A DNA stretch of 64,000 nucleotides from Octopus sinensis (Eukaryota). Shown here one piece after another: positions 39,405 to 53,500 of this stretch. Below the pieces are notes generated by a model. That model was not told the origin of the DNA. It saw nothing but the letters and a program-made list of their open reading frames with translations, and made no database searches. The stretch is from positions 40,858,001 through 40,922,000 of the forward strand of contig NC_043003.1 in the NCBI RefSeq assembly GCF_006345805.1. Reading direction: 5' to 3'. The number at the start of each line of letters is the position of its first letter. Positions within the stretch are counted from its first letter, which is position 1. Both the position numbers and the translations under genes were made by a program.

Positions 39405-42227
39405 ATTACACTCTCTCTCATAGTTAGACAGAGAGTAATTTATAACTTAGTGTATAATCATTGAATAAGAAATATTGATGTATTTTGGTCATCTCAAAGC
39501 AGGGAGAAAGGAAAGAAAAAAGAAAAGAAAAGCATAAACTTATGAACTGAGAATAATACGGATTTCTGAACAATGAAAGGCAGCGCGTTTATACACGCAC
39601 CACTCTGCTGACCCGGAAGTAAATTCCTATTCACATAAGCTAATATTAACTGAAGTACAATCGCATCATTTATTTCAATTCAGTTCCTTACTTGTGAAGT
39701 TATATCTATTTCTGGGTGTCTGTATATAAATAACATATTCCTTCGTATTCTAATCCAGTTTTACACGGGATAAGAATACCGTCGAATTCATTGACACAAT
39801 TATTCCTCATATATATTTATGTAAACAAAGGTGCTTCAATGTTAGAAGTGTTAATAACCTAGGACAGAATATAATTGCTCGCGTGCGTTAGCGCTATGTG
39901 TCCAACAAACGTCGGGTTCTTGCATTGCCATTGCCTTCCACTCTTGCGAAGAAGGGAGGTCGATAAATTTAGTAACAAATAAATACTAGAGCTGTTATAA
40001 ATTTCCTATACTTTCATTCAAGTACTGGGTGGTGGTGGTTGGTGGGGCTTGCACTTAGGTTATAAATCCTCATTTAAATAATCAAGTATGGTATATAGTT
40101 AGACTTAGCGTTAGAGTGACGCAAAAGTATCATACGGCATTCATTTGCTTACATTCCTTCAAGTACTGAGTTCTAATAATGGCTGTGTTAACATTTCTGT
40201 TAAGTGTTTTAAGTGTATAAAATAGACATATGTGAAATGCTATGGTACGTGGTCTAATAGATGAATTGTTAACCTCGAGTTCGTAAGGTCTTGATTCAAT
40301 TCCTGGAGCTGGCGGTACATGAGCAAAGCACTTTATTTCATTGTACTCTACCCCACTCACGTGAAAATATGTATGACTGCTATAAAGTGGCTTCTGGAAA
40401 AGTACTGGCTCCAAGTCTTGTATATACAAGGTGTCAACTTTAATTACGCCCTGGTTGATGACGGGTGAATTACTGATATTGAGGAAATGCGTCTCGCTCC
40501 AGCAATTAAATTTTTGGCTTTATGAAAAGTCAGAAATCTTTATGAATATAAATAAATAAATAGTAATATTAGTAATGTCGTAATAAAAGATTTGTAGTTT
40601 ATATGTATCATATGGTATAATTATAAACAGGGAAAATTTTAGCCATTTCTCCGCAGACTGAGAAAATGATGAACAACCTTAATGATTTTCGAACCTTGCT
40701 GGTTTCTCATCAGAGGCGTCTACAGCATGCCGACAGTCTCCAGAGAAACAAGTAGCCAAACTGTTTATGTACTAGACTTTAAGACTTGTTTTTCTGCTTT
40801 TTGCTTTGACTATGTCATGGTCGATGAAATAAGTAGCAATGAAGCAGTGATTTTTAAATAAATCAAGTACAACGCTTCTCTGAGATAAACAGCATTGTGT
40901 TAATGTTAGAAAGCAAACCATAAATAATCACCAGCTTATTCTGTTTCTTCTGTTGTTTTACTTAGATTAATTTAGACGAGCGAGCAAAATAACCATATTA
41001 TTGCTGGCAGAATAGTTTTTATTTCTCTTAGTGAATATTTAACTGAACTACCACTAATAAATTCGGGTTACGTTATTCCTCAATGATTTCTCATAGAATA
41101 GAACAAATATTCTGATTCTTTACGTTTGTTGAATATATACGGTTTTGCAAGTGTAAAGGGAAAATACAACTGAAATTAAATTTTTTCTTTAATATTCCCG
41201 GGGATCAAAATATAAAGAACTAATGAAATACTGATGTCGAACTCATCCGCAATATAACTTCCAAAACTCAAGGCTTTTTGGAAATTTTAGAAATCTTTAT
41301 TTGAATTGTGAGGGCTGTGATGGTCGAGAAACAAATATCTTGTGTTAGGATTAACTTTCACCTCCTAGTTTCTTCTACCTTTTTGTTTGTTTCAGTTGTA
41401 AGTTCAGCAAGATATAATGTTCTGTTGCTTAAATAGTATCAATCAGCATTCTTAACAGTTTTCTTCTATTTTCTTAATCAGAAGTTACACAAATATATAT
41501 CTGTCGTTTTTTCGCAAGGACACAGTACCTCTATGTTAGAATATTGAAGGTGGAATTAATGGTGGTAAAAGTGAGAAGATATCTGTAATTTTGTGAAGAG
41601 CAAAGAATAATTTTAACAAAGGCAAGAGGCTAGACATTTGCTGGAAGCAGGAAACTCAATTATATTGACCACAGTACTTGACTTTTATTTAATTTTATTG
41701 AGTTCAGAACAACAAAAAGTAAAGCCGATTTCAGTGGGATTTGAAGAGACGAAGCAAATACCGAAAGGCTCTTAAAACTCAGCTAATCAAAGGTCTTTAA
41801 TAAAGAATAAATAACACAAAGGTGGTTATTCGAGGAGTACCAGTGTTTCGGTTTCATCATCAGCATAAACGTTACTAGCTACACCTGCGCGCACACAAAC
41901 ATGCGCGCCCGCATGCATGCATGCACACACATACACACACGTACTTGAATATAAAATCAGGCACAAATATATATATACATATATTTTGGCATCAATTGAT
42001 TTCGCCTTTTGTGCATTAAGACTTAAGCATTATCAGCCAAGATTACTGTATTCAGCTGTTTTTCAAAATATTCTTTTCATTATACCGTGCACGTTTGTTC
42101 ATTTGAATACTCTTGCGACATTCAGAAGTGAACATAAAGTGAGTAAAATCGTCCGCATTTACATAGGATGAAATAATTCTGGACTCATCGATGTCAAAAT
42201 TTGAAGGATAAAAATGGATATCGTTTA

Positions 42228-42299
42228 CCGCAGAGTGTAGTTACGATCTACAGACCTCTAGGGTACAGACCCACCACGCTTCCACTACTTCCCTCTGAT
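42228..42299 (-). pseudogene. Heavily decayed tRNA-iMet pseudogene
   Basis: GCAGAGTGTAGTTACGATCTACAGACCTCT..CACGCTTCCACT is colinear with the intact minus-strand copies; anticodon arm destroyed. Confidence 0.8.
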
Positions 42300-42686
42300 C
42301 ATCGAGAATAATGACTCCATTTATTTTATTACTTTCAATATTACTGCTCTAATTTATGTAATCTCTGTTGAATAATTTAATATATATTACTTAATCTCTG
42401 CGAAGTGGATTACGATACATAAAGTAGATATTACACCATAAATGTTACAGCATTGAAATGTTAAGTTACTGAAAGTTGACATTACACTATGATATTCAAA
42501 TATGACGATTTAAAGGTGTGTGATAGGAAATTTCAACAATATGCTTGTTATGGAATGAAGAAGACGGTAAGGCACATATTGTGATCACTGTGAAAAGATG
42601 TTTGTTTTTCTTTCCCTATCTGTGTTCATTGTGTGTATATTTGTAGATAACAGAGTGCTGATTTATAAAAGATAAAAAAAAAACCA

Positions 42687-42758
42687 TAGCAGAGCGTAGT
42701 TTCGATCTACGGACCTCTGGGTTATGGGCCCAGCACGCTCCCACTGCGCCACTCTGCT
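42687..42758 (-). tRNA. tRNA-iMet: Initiator tRNA-Met (CAT), intact, D-loop variant GTGGGAG
   Basis: 72 nt with all initiator hallmarks; long T-run downstream on the coding strand. Confidence 0.95.
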
Positions 42759-43329
42759 TACTGCAAGAAAGCTTCAATATATAAAGCATTACTATTTTCC
42801 TAACATTTCTTCATATCACTGCTGTTTCATCATCCATTACACATTATTTATCTCGCGAACGGAGGCGAACTGGTACAATGAATTAAAGCATCGGGATACT
42901 GTTTTGCTGTACTTCTTTCGGATCTTTATATTCTGAGATCAAACTGCGTAGGTATCAGCTGCACTTTTCATCCTTTCAGGATCGGTAAAATGAGACCCAA
43001 TCAAATACTCGGGTCAACGTTATCGACTAACTCCACCCATCAAAATTGCTGGTCTTGTTTAAAACAGAAACTATTATACTTCTTTGTGTGTCGAACTTCG
43101 TCAGAGATACAATCAAGTGGAACTATACAAGACATCTAGCATGATTCCACAACAGCACATTTCTCCACAAGAAGCTTAACAAATATATAACGTATTATTT
43201 CATTCATTGTCTGTTCTAGATAACACTATTTCCTTTGCAACAAGCATCATATGTTATGTATTTGCTATTCATATATTTGATTCTATACATTCGGCTGTGT
43301 CACATTTACAAAACATAGTAACTATAGTA

Positions 43330-43820
43330 TTTAAGTATCACTTGAAAATGAAAGTGAGAGTAGAGACGCAAGTTTTGTCTAGTGAATGTTTTAAAAAAGA
43401 TGGGTGAATGTAGCAAGGATGGCACGTATGAATAACGAAGCCACCTTGACTATGATCCTATGAACCGTAAAAATTAATACAGAGAGTTGCTTATTTGTAA
43501 AAAAAAATATAACATGTGAGTTGATTGACCGAGGTTACCGTGGTCTTTTCCGTAGGCTTTTCTTTCCACGAGTAAACCTCACCTGTCCTCCCCTTTACAC
43601 TTTTTATTGACATTTCTGTGATAACGATCCCTATTGATCGATTTTTTCTTTTTCCGTTTATTTTTATTTCCCCACCCTCTTTTTTTTTTTGCTTTTCTCT
43701 TTCCTTTTACGATCCCTTTTGGTCGAAAACCAAACCCCCTTTCTTATCCCCAAAAAGAAAAGCTCTACCTTGTAATTTGTCCCGTCTGTATGCAGCCCTG
43801 TGTGGCTTATAAAGAAACAT
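43330..43820 (+). mobile_element. 5'-truncated L1/Tx1-like copy (same family as 25830-27267)
   Basis: AAGTATCACTTGAAAATGAAAGTGAGAGTAGAG... through GAAAAGCTCTACCTTGTAA..GCAGCCCTGTGTGG..TAAAGAAAC matches the reverse complement of 25830-26380. Confidence 0.9.
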
Positions 43821-44540
43821 ATAGTAATACATACTGCAGCAATGGGATGTTAATTTACTTATTAAACAGCTTCATTTCACTATACCGTTAATTCGTGAGT
43901 CACATTTCACAAACCACATGTATAGAACCATGCGTCGCAAATGTTGTGTGGGTGTCTTTTCATTTGCCTATGTCAGATCAGCTTTTATAGTTTGAATTCA
44001 ATCGCTTGTTAAATAGGTTTCTATCCTAGTATATGTAGAAATACACAGGCACTCAACGCGTACGTCTTTTGACGAATGCAGATATACGTACATTCTCTCG
44101 CATACACCTATTTGAGTGTACACGTGTGTATGAGTGTATGCACCAGCGTATTTGCCTGTTTGTATGTAGGGGCGGTGTTTGCATGAATGCATGTGTGTAT
44201 GTATGTATGTATGTATGTATGTATGTATGTACTGTTGGACTTTTGGACCTTTGGACTTTACTCATATATTGCATATATAAAATTACGCCTAAAAATGGAT
44301 TTACAACTTCACTATCTATACATATCTTGCATCTATTTTCTTTCCTCCACCTCACTCTCTATTTTGTATCACCTCTAAACTAACTATGACTTAACCATCC
44401 TCTCACACCCTCTCCAATGAAGGGATATAATTAATAAATATCCTAGAAACAGCTGTATAACCTTCTATCTATAAATGCTCTAATATCTACACAGTCTTGG
44501 TTTTTTATCCTATTACGCAAAACAAAGAATTATATATATA

Positions 44541-44943
44541 CTCTTTTACTCTTTACTCTTTTACATGTTTCAGTCATTTGACTGCGGCCATGCTAGAGCA
44601 CCGCCTTTAATCGAGCAACTCAACCACGGGACTTATTCTTTTTGTAAGCCCAGTATTTATTCTATCGGTCTCTTTTGCCGAACCGCTGGGTAACGGGGAC
44701 ATAAACACACCAGCATCGGTTGTCAAGCAATGCTAGGGGGACAAACACATACGCGCATATATATATATATACATATAAACGACGGGCTTCTTTTCACTTT
44801 CCGTCTACCAAATGCACTCACAAGGCATTGGTCGGCCCGAGGCTATAGTAGAAGACACTTGCCCAAGGTGCCACGCAGCAGGACTGAACCCGGAACCATG
44901 CCGTTGGTAAACAAGCTACTTACCACACATCCACTCCTGCGCC
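44541..44943 (-). mobile_element. SINE family A, full length
   Basis: Complete head to tail; ends in short tandem GTAAA(A)GA repeats. Confidence 0.88.
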
Positions 44944-45292
44944 TATATATATATATATATATATATACTTTATATTTAAGGTACTAAAAAACTGATGCAC
45001 ATCATATATTAGTCTAAGTCGTCTGATAGTACATCTCATGTAGCTTACTGCCGTTACTTACCATTTAGCGTCAAATTTAAATAACCTCTGCCCACTTCGA
45101 ACGTTGCCAAGCGTTCACCCCTCCAGTCGAATAGTAATAGTATACTTCACTGTATTATATATATCACTCGAAGGAAGCAATATGCAACAAGTAGTCATCT
45201 CCAACAACATATAAAGCTCGCTGGATGGATACAAAAACCTGCACTTCCCAGTAGTTTGTGATGACATCCATATATACGGGACGTATGATCAC

Positions 45293-45365
45293 AGTAGAGA
45301 GATAGCATCTGTAACATGTAGTAGAGAGATTGCATATGTAACATGTAGTAGAGAAATAGCTATAG
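45293..45365. repeat. 27-bp tandem repeat, ~2.5 copies
   Basis: Unit AGTAGAGAGATAGCATCTGTAACATGT. Confidence 0.8.
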
Positions 45366-47729
45366 AGAATGATAGAGCCGGAAAGAAACAATTTAGCCAC
45401 TTAGCGGAAGCGTAGAGAAGAATCATTGCAAATGAAGTGTTAGAGACGAGAATCTTCGCAAATGACGTGGCTAGAGACGAGAATGGCCCTCCTTTCTTCA
45501 ATGAAGAACACAGATATTGCGTTGTTCGAGCTAAGACGTGTGCGTTGAAAAGTGAAGGCACAACAGCCGTTCGTTGGACCTGCTGGCAGAGGTAGAGAGT
45601 AGATTCAAAGGTATAATTCGGTCTACGGTAGATCACGGAAGGTGAGCATGGAGTTTTACTCTGGACAGCACTTTACTGGACTGAGTCCGAGGCACTGGAG
45701 TTCGAGGTCTCCCTCCATGGTATGTCGTAACTATTATACTTCATAAATACTTTACATATTTTGATAGTATCTTTGACAGTGCTTTCACAAAGTATTTTGT
45801 GGCTCATTTCTGTTCCTCTATTGCAAAGGTATATCCTCCAAATCGAAAGAATATTGTATCTCACAAAAATTAGTACAAATTTACTCAACAAATCCCCTGC
45901 CTTACGCCTATATTAGAAAAAAACTATTATTATTGATTTTCATTGCAACTAGATGTTGTTTACTTCTGCTCACTCTGTGTTGCTTTGCATTATGCGACGT
46001 TTTGCAAACTGGGATATGATAGTTTTTGTGTGTAAGCTTCTTTATATGTCTAGTAAGGTTTATTAATTAATTCTTGCTCCATTTTGTGGAAAAAATTATG
46101 GAATTATTCTTTACATCTTTTTTTAAAAACATTTTGTGTACAACTTAACGCCGTTGGGTATTGCTGTTTTCACAAACTGGATGTTATTTTTACATTCCGT
46201 GTCGTGTAACACGGTTTTGAAAATTAAGTGAACTTTATTTATTTGATTTTCTTTTCATCCTGAAAAAAATACGAATTTAATTCAACATTTTTATCATCTT
46301 TCTTTTTTTTTTAGCTTCGAATTAATTTGCAAGGTGAGAAGCCAATATTTTTGAGGATGCGATGTGGAATAACACGGAAAGAAATGCTTTACAGGAAGAT
46401 ACACATAATATTGAAGGGGAAAACTCTGAACGTTCCGGAAAGAAGGGCAACGTATTAAGGGATTTTCGGAATCGAGAACGGGAAAAGGAAAAATATAATT
46501 GCCACTCAAACAAACATTGTCTGCCAACTAAGAAATGTATATTTTGAGGCAGTTTCGCAAAAGTTACCTCGCAGACTGAAATTTTCAATAGGAATTCAAG
46601 CAGATAGTCAAATGGAGCTGCGGAGAACGTGTATCAATAAGGACTCTCCATATGTCTGCCCCCACCAAAAAACAAATTAGGAAGGAGGAAGATAAAAATA
46701 TACCCGACGAAGAGTGAGTGGAACTTTATCTTTGTTCTCTATGTACGAGATACGAGAAGCTCTGACAAATCACAACTAGTAACCTGTTTGTAGAGAAAGG
46801 TGGAGATTACGGCACAGTTTACGATATCAGGCAAAGATGTTACGCTAAATGCCAGCCCATAAGAACATAAGCACCATAAACCAAGGGTGATACTGAGGCC
46901 CCTGGGGATTAACATTGATGTCTAATGCGTATGATGACCTAGTGGTAAGTGCATAGATAAGGAATAAAGATATATGATTAAGATGTTTCCGTTTACACCT
47001 TCACGCCTTTATGACCCATCAGGACTACAGTAACCTTCTGGAGCAGTTCCCGATTGTGGAGTCAGGAACAGGTTCGATGGAAGTGATAACGTAGGGCAAA
47101 AATACCCAGCAATGAATCATGTTGGAAGATCATATAAAGTTTCTTTTACCCTTATGGACTTGAGAAACAAGCATTACACAATCATCTTAGGATGAAGAGG
47201 GGGAGAAGGAGCAAAATCTAGAAGAAAGAACCGCCGGAGAGACCGTCAGAGGGGAAAAATATTGAGAAACTTCACACCTAAGGAAAAAAGAAATTAACCT
47301 AATGTGAGGGCTAATATCATTCAAAATTCGATACACGTGTTTTACAGAGCTTCGAACTGTTAATAGATAAGTTAATATACGAGAACAATTTGATAAAGAG
47401 AATGTGCTTACGTTAAACATTCTGAGATTCTTGCTGCCTTGACACTGTCTTCTCGCAAGTTTAAGCTGTTATTATGACCAAATGTAAGTTAATCATGGCG
47501 AAGATATGATCCATTTTTGCTCGGTTCGCCTTCCGACCCAACTGAGTATCTTTCTACAACGTATAAGTAATAGTATCATGAGGAAGTGGATGTTAGAGTG
47601 CACATGATCTTAATTATTAACTACCCTGACAAAATATGATCAAAATTGTATCATGTTTTAATTATTATTTTATGTAATCTTATATTTTTTGTTAATTCTT
47701 TTTCAAATTTAATAGAATCCCCAGATAGA

Positions 47730-48300
47730 TTTATTCTTTCAAATCTTGATTTCAGACTGATGAACATTCTGACACAAACCCTGCGGGCAGCGCGAAGCAA
47801 TGAATTCGTAAGCGCCAAGGAACATTTCATTCGGGATTTGTGTACGTTCTCGTTCAATGACTGCCCTCCAGTAGTAGACTACTGCTGGTTTTGTACCGTG
47901 AACTGTCTCTTTTAAGTGTTCTCATAAAACGTCTAGTAGTGTGAAATCTGATGAACATGCAAAATTTTCTACTGAATCTTTTCGTCCACTCCACCTGTAC
48001 GGCAAGACGTCATTAAGGTATGTCCTTTCGTAACAGTGGTTGTGTGAGGGTGCCACATCTCGCTGGAAATAAAATCCAATTCTTCGAAGTTCTCGTGAGT
48101 GCTTGGTATGAGAAATTGTCGCAGTAAGTTCGCAATATGAGACCAGTTAAAGTACCATCGAAAAAGATTGCTCCCATTAGACCTTTTTGATGATAAGACG
48201 CACCTTACAGTAACTCTTTGTAGATTAATACGCCATTCCCCCATCATACGCGGATTCTCAGATCAGGTATAGATGCAATTTCAGTGGCTAATTGGGACAT
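47730..48300 (-). pseudogene. Tc1/mariner DD41D (Visitor/rosa-type) transposase remnant
   Basis: Hand translation VTVRC..FFDGTLTG..FQRDVAPSH...RWSGR...SSDFTLLD; 41 residues between the second and third D; TIRs not resolved. Confidence 0.8.
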
Positions 48301-48742
48301 TTAATGTCAATGTAAACTCACCACATGAAACAATCTTTGTTGGAAAATGTACATCTTTTACACATTTTGCTAAGTAACGCTTCTGTAATTCCATTCTTCG
48401 GTCCGGAGCATCCCTGAGAACATGAACTTTTCTTACAAAGTAACATTTCCAATGGCACTGATTAGAATGTCCAACGCTTCAAAATATTATGGACACTTAA
48501 TTTTGAAATTACTTTCTCACGACTTGCTTGCCGCACAGATTTTTAAAAATTTCGGCAATACCTTTCTAGTAGCCTTTCTAGTAGACTTCTAGTAGCCGTC
48601 AATATCTGCGGTCTTCTGAAAGGCTTTCTTTTTGTGTGGAAATTATAAACAGTGCCATCTTTTTAAAACAGTTTTTGGCTTTCGACTGTGTTTTCCAACT
48701 TTAAGTAAACTTTACATACATCCACACACAAACTCATACATA

Positions 48743-48836
<94 letters not shown>

Positions 48837-48900
48837 GGCTATGTATATATATATATGCACACACGCACATATATATATACAAATACACACACACACCACT

Positions 48901-48963
<63 letters not shown>

Positions 48964-49699
48964 GAGGTGTGGGTTAAATTTAAAGATTTTTTGTCATCTT
49001 CTTTCAAGAACAGTTTGATTATTCGTGAACAATCAATGTCGTTGCGAAGCATAAAGATTAAATCTAGCGTTGAGAAATCTTTAGTTGACATGGAAGATTG
49101 AAAACTATCTGAATATTGAACAAGTGTTTCCTTTATCATAACGATTCATGCCTGGAATCAAAATGTGCACATCATGACTGCTTTTGAATGCTCAGTGAAT
49201 AATGTAAAGTCTGTAAAACGCAGCATGGACAACAGTAACTACGAAGCCGCAGCCGGAAGGACGCGGCACAAGTGTTTTGACTGCATCCACACGCCAGAAT
49301 TCATAACCGCACCTTTGAAGGACTTAGTCTCAATTCAGACGGCTATATGAAGTTGCTGGAGCTGCTGGAAGTGCTAGTCAAACCTTTCTTTGAGGGTTTG
49401 CTCAAGGAAGGCCATATGGGTGACAGTAGTATTCGCCTTTTACCATATCTCCAGAAAGATTAAAAAAGTAGTTGTCCGAAATTCCTACGACTTTACCGGC
49501 TCCGATTTCTGGACTATAAGTGAGTGTGTGTGTATCTGTATGTGTATGTATGTATGAGTGTTTCTGCCCGCGTATGTTTATTAGAGGCAATTATGCGGAT
49601 AAGCAAATTAAATAAATTAGGTATAATAGTTTGGGTATGAAATACAAAATAGGCATAAATGTATACATGGAAAACGAGAAAAAGCAAAATGTGGAGATT

Positions 49700-51700
49700 T
49701 CCAGTCGATGAATATTTAAGTATAAATAAGATATCTATAAGATATCTAGAGCCAATTTATACAAAGTACAAACGACAGAGAAAATTAAAGGGGAAGAACA
49801 AAAGTGTTATAAGTTCAACAACTGTATCTGGGGCCCTGGAGAACCATCATAATGTTGGTAGATGTAATTCATCACAATATGCAGTCGTAATGGAAGCAAT
49901 CAACATTGGATAAGACGAGCCTTAGTCTTTAGGGTAGAAACGATCTTATATTTCAAATCTTAATGCTGAAAATTCAAGGTTGAAATGATTAAATGTGGAG
50001 AGCTAGCCGTATTAGATGGTGATGGTTATGATGGGGGGGGGGTAGGAGGGTCGGTAGTGTTATGGGGAATGTTAAGTCAGGGAATGGTGAGAGGAGATAA
50101 GAGAGCTAGTTCAGGAAGAGGGAGTGGGTTGATTAAGAGAATATTAAGGGGAGGGGCAGTAGATTTGAAGATTTGGGAGATGAATGGGATGGGTGGGATA
50201 GATAGTAATTGAAGGCTGGTCAGTTGTTGTTAGGTTTGTGTATAGGTGTCAAAGTTTAGGTTTAATGGTTATAGAAGTATTGGAAATTGAGATTATGAGA
50301 AAAGGAATGGCAATTATTAGAGGGGGAAAAGTGTTTAATTCATTGGCAGAAGGAGATAACAAAGTTATGTACAAAGGTACGAGAGAGAATAGAGGTATGT
50401 GGATAGAGGTGGGGAGTCGGTGGTCAAGATAACAGTGGTTAGTACTATTATGAAGGTGGGTTGGTAATGGAGGGGGAGTACTGAGGTAAGCAGATGTGTA
50501 TGATATTAAATAGAGAGAAGGAAGAGAGAGGGAGAGAGGGGTTGATTGGTTAGTATCTAATTGAGTAGGCTAATTTTAAGTGCTTTTAGTTGAAGAAGAG
50601 AAATGAGAGCATGGGGAAAGAATACCACTTGTGTGGATGGAGAGGCTGTGAGAGAGGAGGGATGTAGTGGGTAAGAAGAATTTGCAAAGGTAATCATGAG
50701 AAGAAAGAATTTAGTAAGATGGGAGGTATTAGTGGAGCGGGTAAGTTGCTAGGTCGACTTAGTCGTACCTTAAGGTTAACTATATTTAAGGATAATCATA
50801 TTTATGGGATGTCATAGATTTAATAGAATAGGCAATTGATAAGTAGAAACTGTGTTTACAATAGAGTATTACAATTGAGAATCTATTAGGTAAAGAGGGG
50901 TTGTGGTTGCGAAGAATGGCTAGCAATTTGCTTAAACACAATTTAAAAATACCGAGGTTTGCGTTGTATGGGGGATCCTCATTTCCGACGGATCAGGATA
51001 GAGTATAGGGAACCTTTTAGGATTTGAGGTTGTGCATATAAGTTGCTAAGGGGGTAGATAATTTAGAACTTGGATAATTTAGATTGGATATAGAGTTCAT
51101 GTGTGTTCGGTAGCAGTGCTTGAAATGAACAGTAATACCGATATGGGCCCTTACTTAGTGGATGCGTGGTGTTATAACACGGCACTTCTAGACTACATTT
51201 TTGTGTAGACAGAAAACTCCAAAAGGCAGAGTTGAGACTCTCGGCAATTGAAAGTTTTCCTGCCTGTTCTGTGGTTTACCGCTGGGGAGTTCAAGTTCCT
51301 ATGGTCTGTTATCAGTAAAGAAGAACTGGTGGTATAATCGGTATCAGTGTTGGATGAGGAGAGGTTATCACCGCTAGTATATGTTGTCATATGGATAATA
51401 TGGGTAATATTGTGAGAAGATACTTTGAATTTGTTATTATTGGGTCGAGTGAGGTCACTAAGGTTTTTTTTATTGCGACTAGGTGGGTTAAGGTGAGACG
51501 CAGGCTCTAAGGACTGACGTTGTAGTTTTCGTGTGGAGAATTTAACAGATGATCTATTGAATATAGAGTAGTATTGAAGATAGGGAAGTGGTGGAATGTT
51601 AGAGCTTAAGATTTTAAAGAAGAGTTGGGTAAATATTTATCTTGGAGGGAGACAGGTGATGTAAACCATATGATCTCCCGCTTCCTACCCTTAAAATGTT
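49700..51700 (-). mobile_element. Highly decayed retroelement remnant, possibly Penelope-like
   Basis: Strong purine skew on +; on the minus strand IFNRSSVKFS (51535-51564) and DPPYNAN resemble PLE motifs IFNRNTVK.S and NPPY; weak. Confidence 0.3.
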
Positions 51701-52319
51701 TAGAGCTTGGGGATGTAGCATGTGGGGTTATATTAAGTGCAATGTAATATTTACTAAGTTATCCTATGTTTTCCTTTCCAATTCAGTTAAGTGTAATTTG
51801 TAATATGAATGATACCTGAGTGCTGTTTCTATCAGAATGAATGGGTACGTTACAGCTTCTCTACTTGTAGATGTAAGTACAAGCGTGACACTAGGTTCAA
51901 CTAAATCGAGTAAGCAATACTACTCTTGAACGTAACTACTGTGTTTTTTTTTTGTTTTTTTTTGCTAGAAAACCTTACTGTAATATATATTAAAACCAGA
52001 ATTGATATTAAGAATATTGGTATTGATCACTAACTGTCACAGAAATCAATACAATTATTAGAGAGTTTCATCGACCTTCATTTATTGAAGTGCTAGTAAT
52101 TTCATCGATGCTCGAAAATGAAGGTGTAAAGTTGGTCTCAGCAGGAGTTGAACTCAGGACATAAGTCGATAGAGTTGAATACGGAGAGTCATTTGGTACA
52201 ACACCCTACTGTTCCGGACCGGATAATAATATAAAAATATCAGTAATCAATAGTCACAGGTACACACAAAAACACACACTCGTACATATACACACATACA
52301 CGAACATAGACGCACACAC

Positions 52320-52361
<42 letters not shown>

Positions 52362-52565
52362 ATATATACGTACACATGCACATTCAGATATGTATACATG
52401 ATTATGTTTGAGCGTGTGTGTTACTGTTTATGTATGTATGTAGTTAGATATATACATATGTACACTCACACACACATATGTATGTATACATGGATGTATG
52501 TGTGTATTGTTTTACATTTTCGTATTCAACATATACATATAAATATACACATGTACAAATATATA

Positions 52566-52592
52566 AAGAAGAAGAAGAAGAAGAAGAAGAAG

Positions 52593-52621
<29 letters not shown>
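52566..52621. repeat. (AAG)n microsatellite
   Basis: Visible directly. Confidence 0.95.
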
Positions 52622-52623
<2 letters not shown>

Positions 52624-52789
52624 TAATTAGGACGAGAGTCAGACGCCATCTTGATACCCCCACCGACATCATCAGGGCATGAGAACAAAAGAGCTGAAGA
52701 GAGAGAGAGAATGAGAGAGAGAGAGAGAGAGAGAGAAAGGTGGGGAGAGAGAGGTTTCTACCATTTTCAGTCAGAAATAACGAGCTGAG

Positions 52790-53500
52790 CAGGCTGCGAA
52801 TTTTTTTTCCCTCGCGAGTTCCAGACCTCAGTAATGAACTCATTTGCACACAGCAAATCAGAGCTCAACCATGAAACTAGTGTCCACCCAGTCACGAAAA
52901 TATTCTGGTTGAGTTCAGTGGGAAAATGTGCGTGAAAGCAAAATCTAACTGTTCTAAACGGGTTAATAGGGGTGACAAATGTGAAATTTAGTTTATAAAG
53001 TGAATGGAGAGCTCCTCGCTGATGAAGTCATAAGTAGCGCCAATTTGCGTAGTTTACTAGAAAATGTACAAGAGCCTAGTTCCCTAATTTTTTGACAGAT
53101 TTAGCGCATTCCTAATTTAAAATGTTGGAGTTGATCTGGAAATATCGTTATCAATATGGCGTTGTGTCGTATTGCGCCCTCCTTGCATATATCAATGGGT
53201 ACATGCAGTATCAGTAACCTCAGTTTGAGGATAGGTGCCTAATGTTAGCCCCATATAGAGATGGTGCTCAATTGATCTATGAGGGAGATGTGTGTGAGCG
53301 GGGGAGGGGGAACATGGTGCTTATGTGAGACCTGCTATACTGTACTCACATAGCGGCATACACCGTTCTATGCCTGACTAGCTGTACTGTAGTAGTACAC
53401 AGTATGTGGATTTTCAAGGTGAGCTCTGATTGGCTGTATGCAAATGAGTTCATTACTTGTGTTCAGAACTCATGTGCGGAAAAATATTTCGCGAGCAGGC
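52790..53500. mobile_element. Long-TIR (foldback) non-autonomous DNA element, superfamily unclear
   Basis: ~40-bp core inverted repeat AGTAATGAACTCATTTGCA(C/T)ACAGC(A/C)AATCAGAGCTC at 52830 and 53457, with degenerate extension outward; no TSD identified. Confidence 0.7.

Noticed and set aside
41210-41640. Possible Penelope RT relic (RYLFLDHHSPH) and a similar weak hint at 56330-56560
   Set aside because: Single short motifs are too weak to call by eye.
41835-41875. Minus-strand CTGATGA-TGAAACC-GAAA motif
   Set aside because: There is essentially no stem II and no stem I complement, so it is compatible with chance or extreme decay.
45180-45730. LTR plus primer-binding site (…CA|TGGTATGTCG)
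   Set aside because: It does not match the 3' end of the local tRNA-iMet (expected TGGTAGCAGAG), and there is no second LTR or gag/pol sequence.
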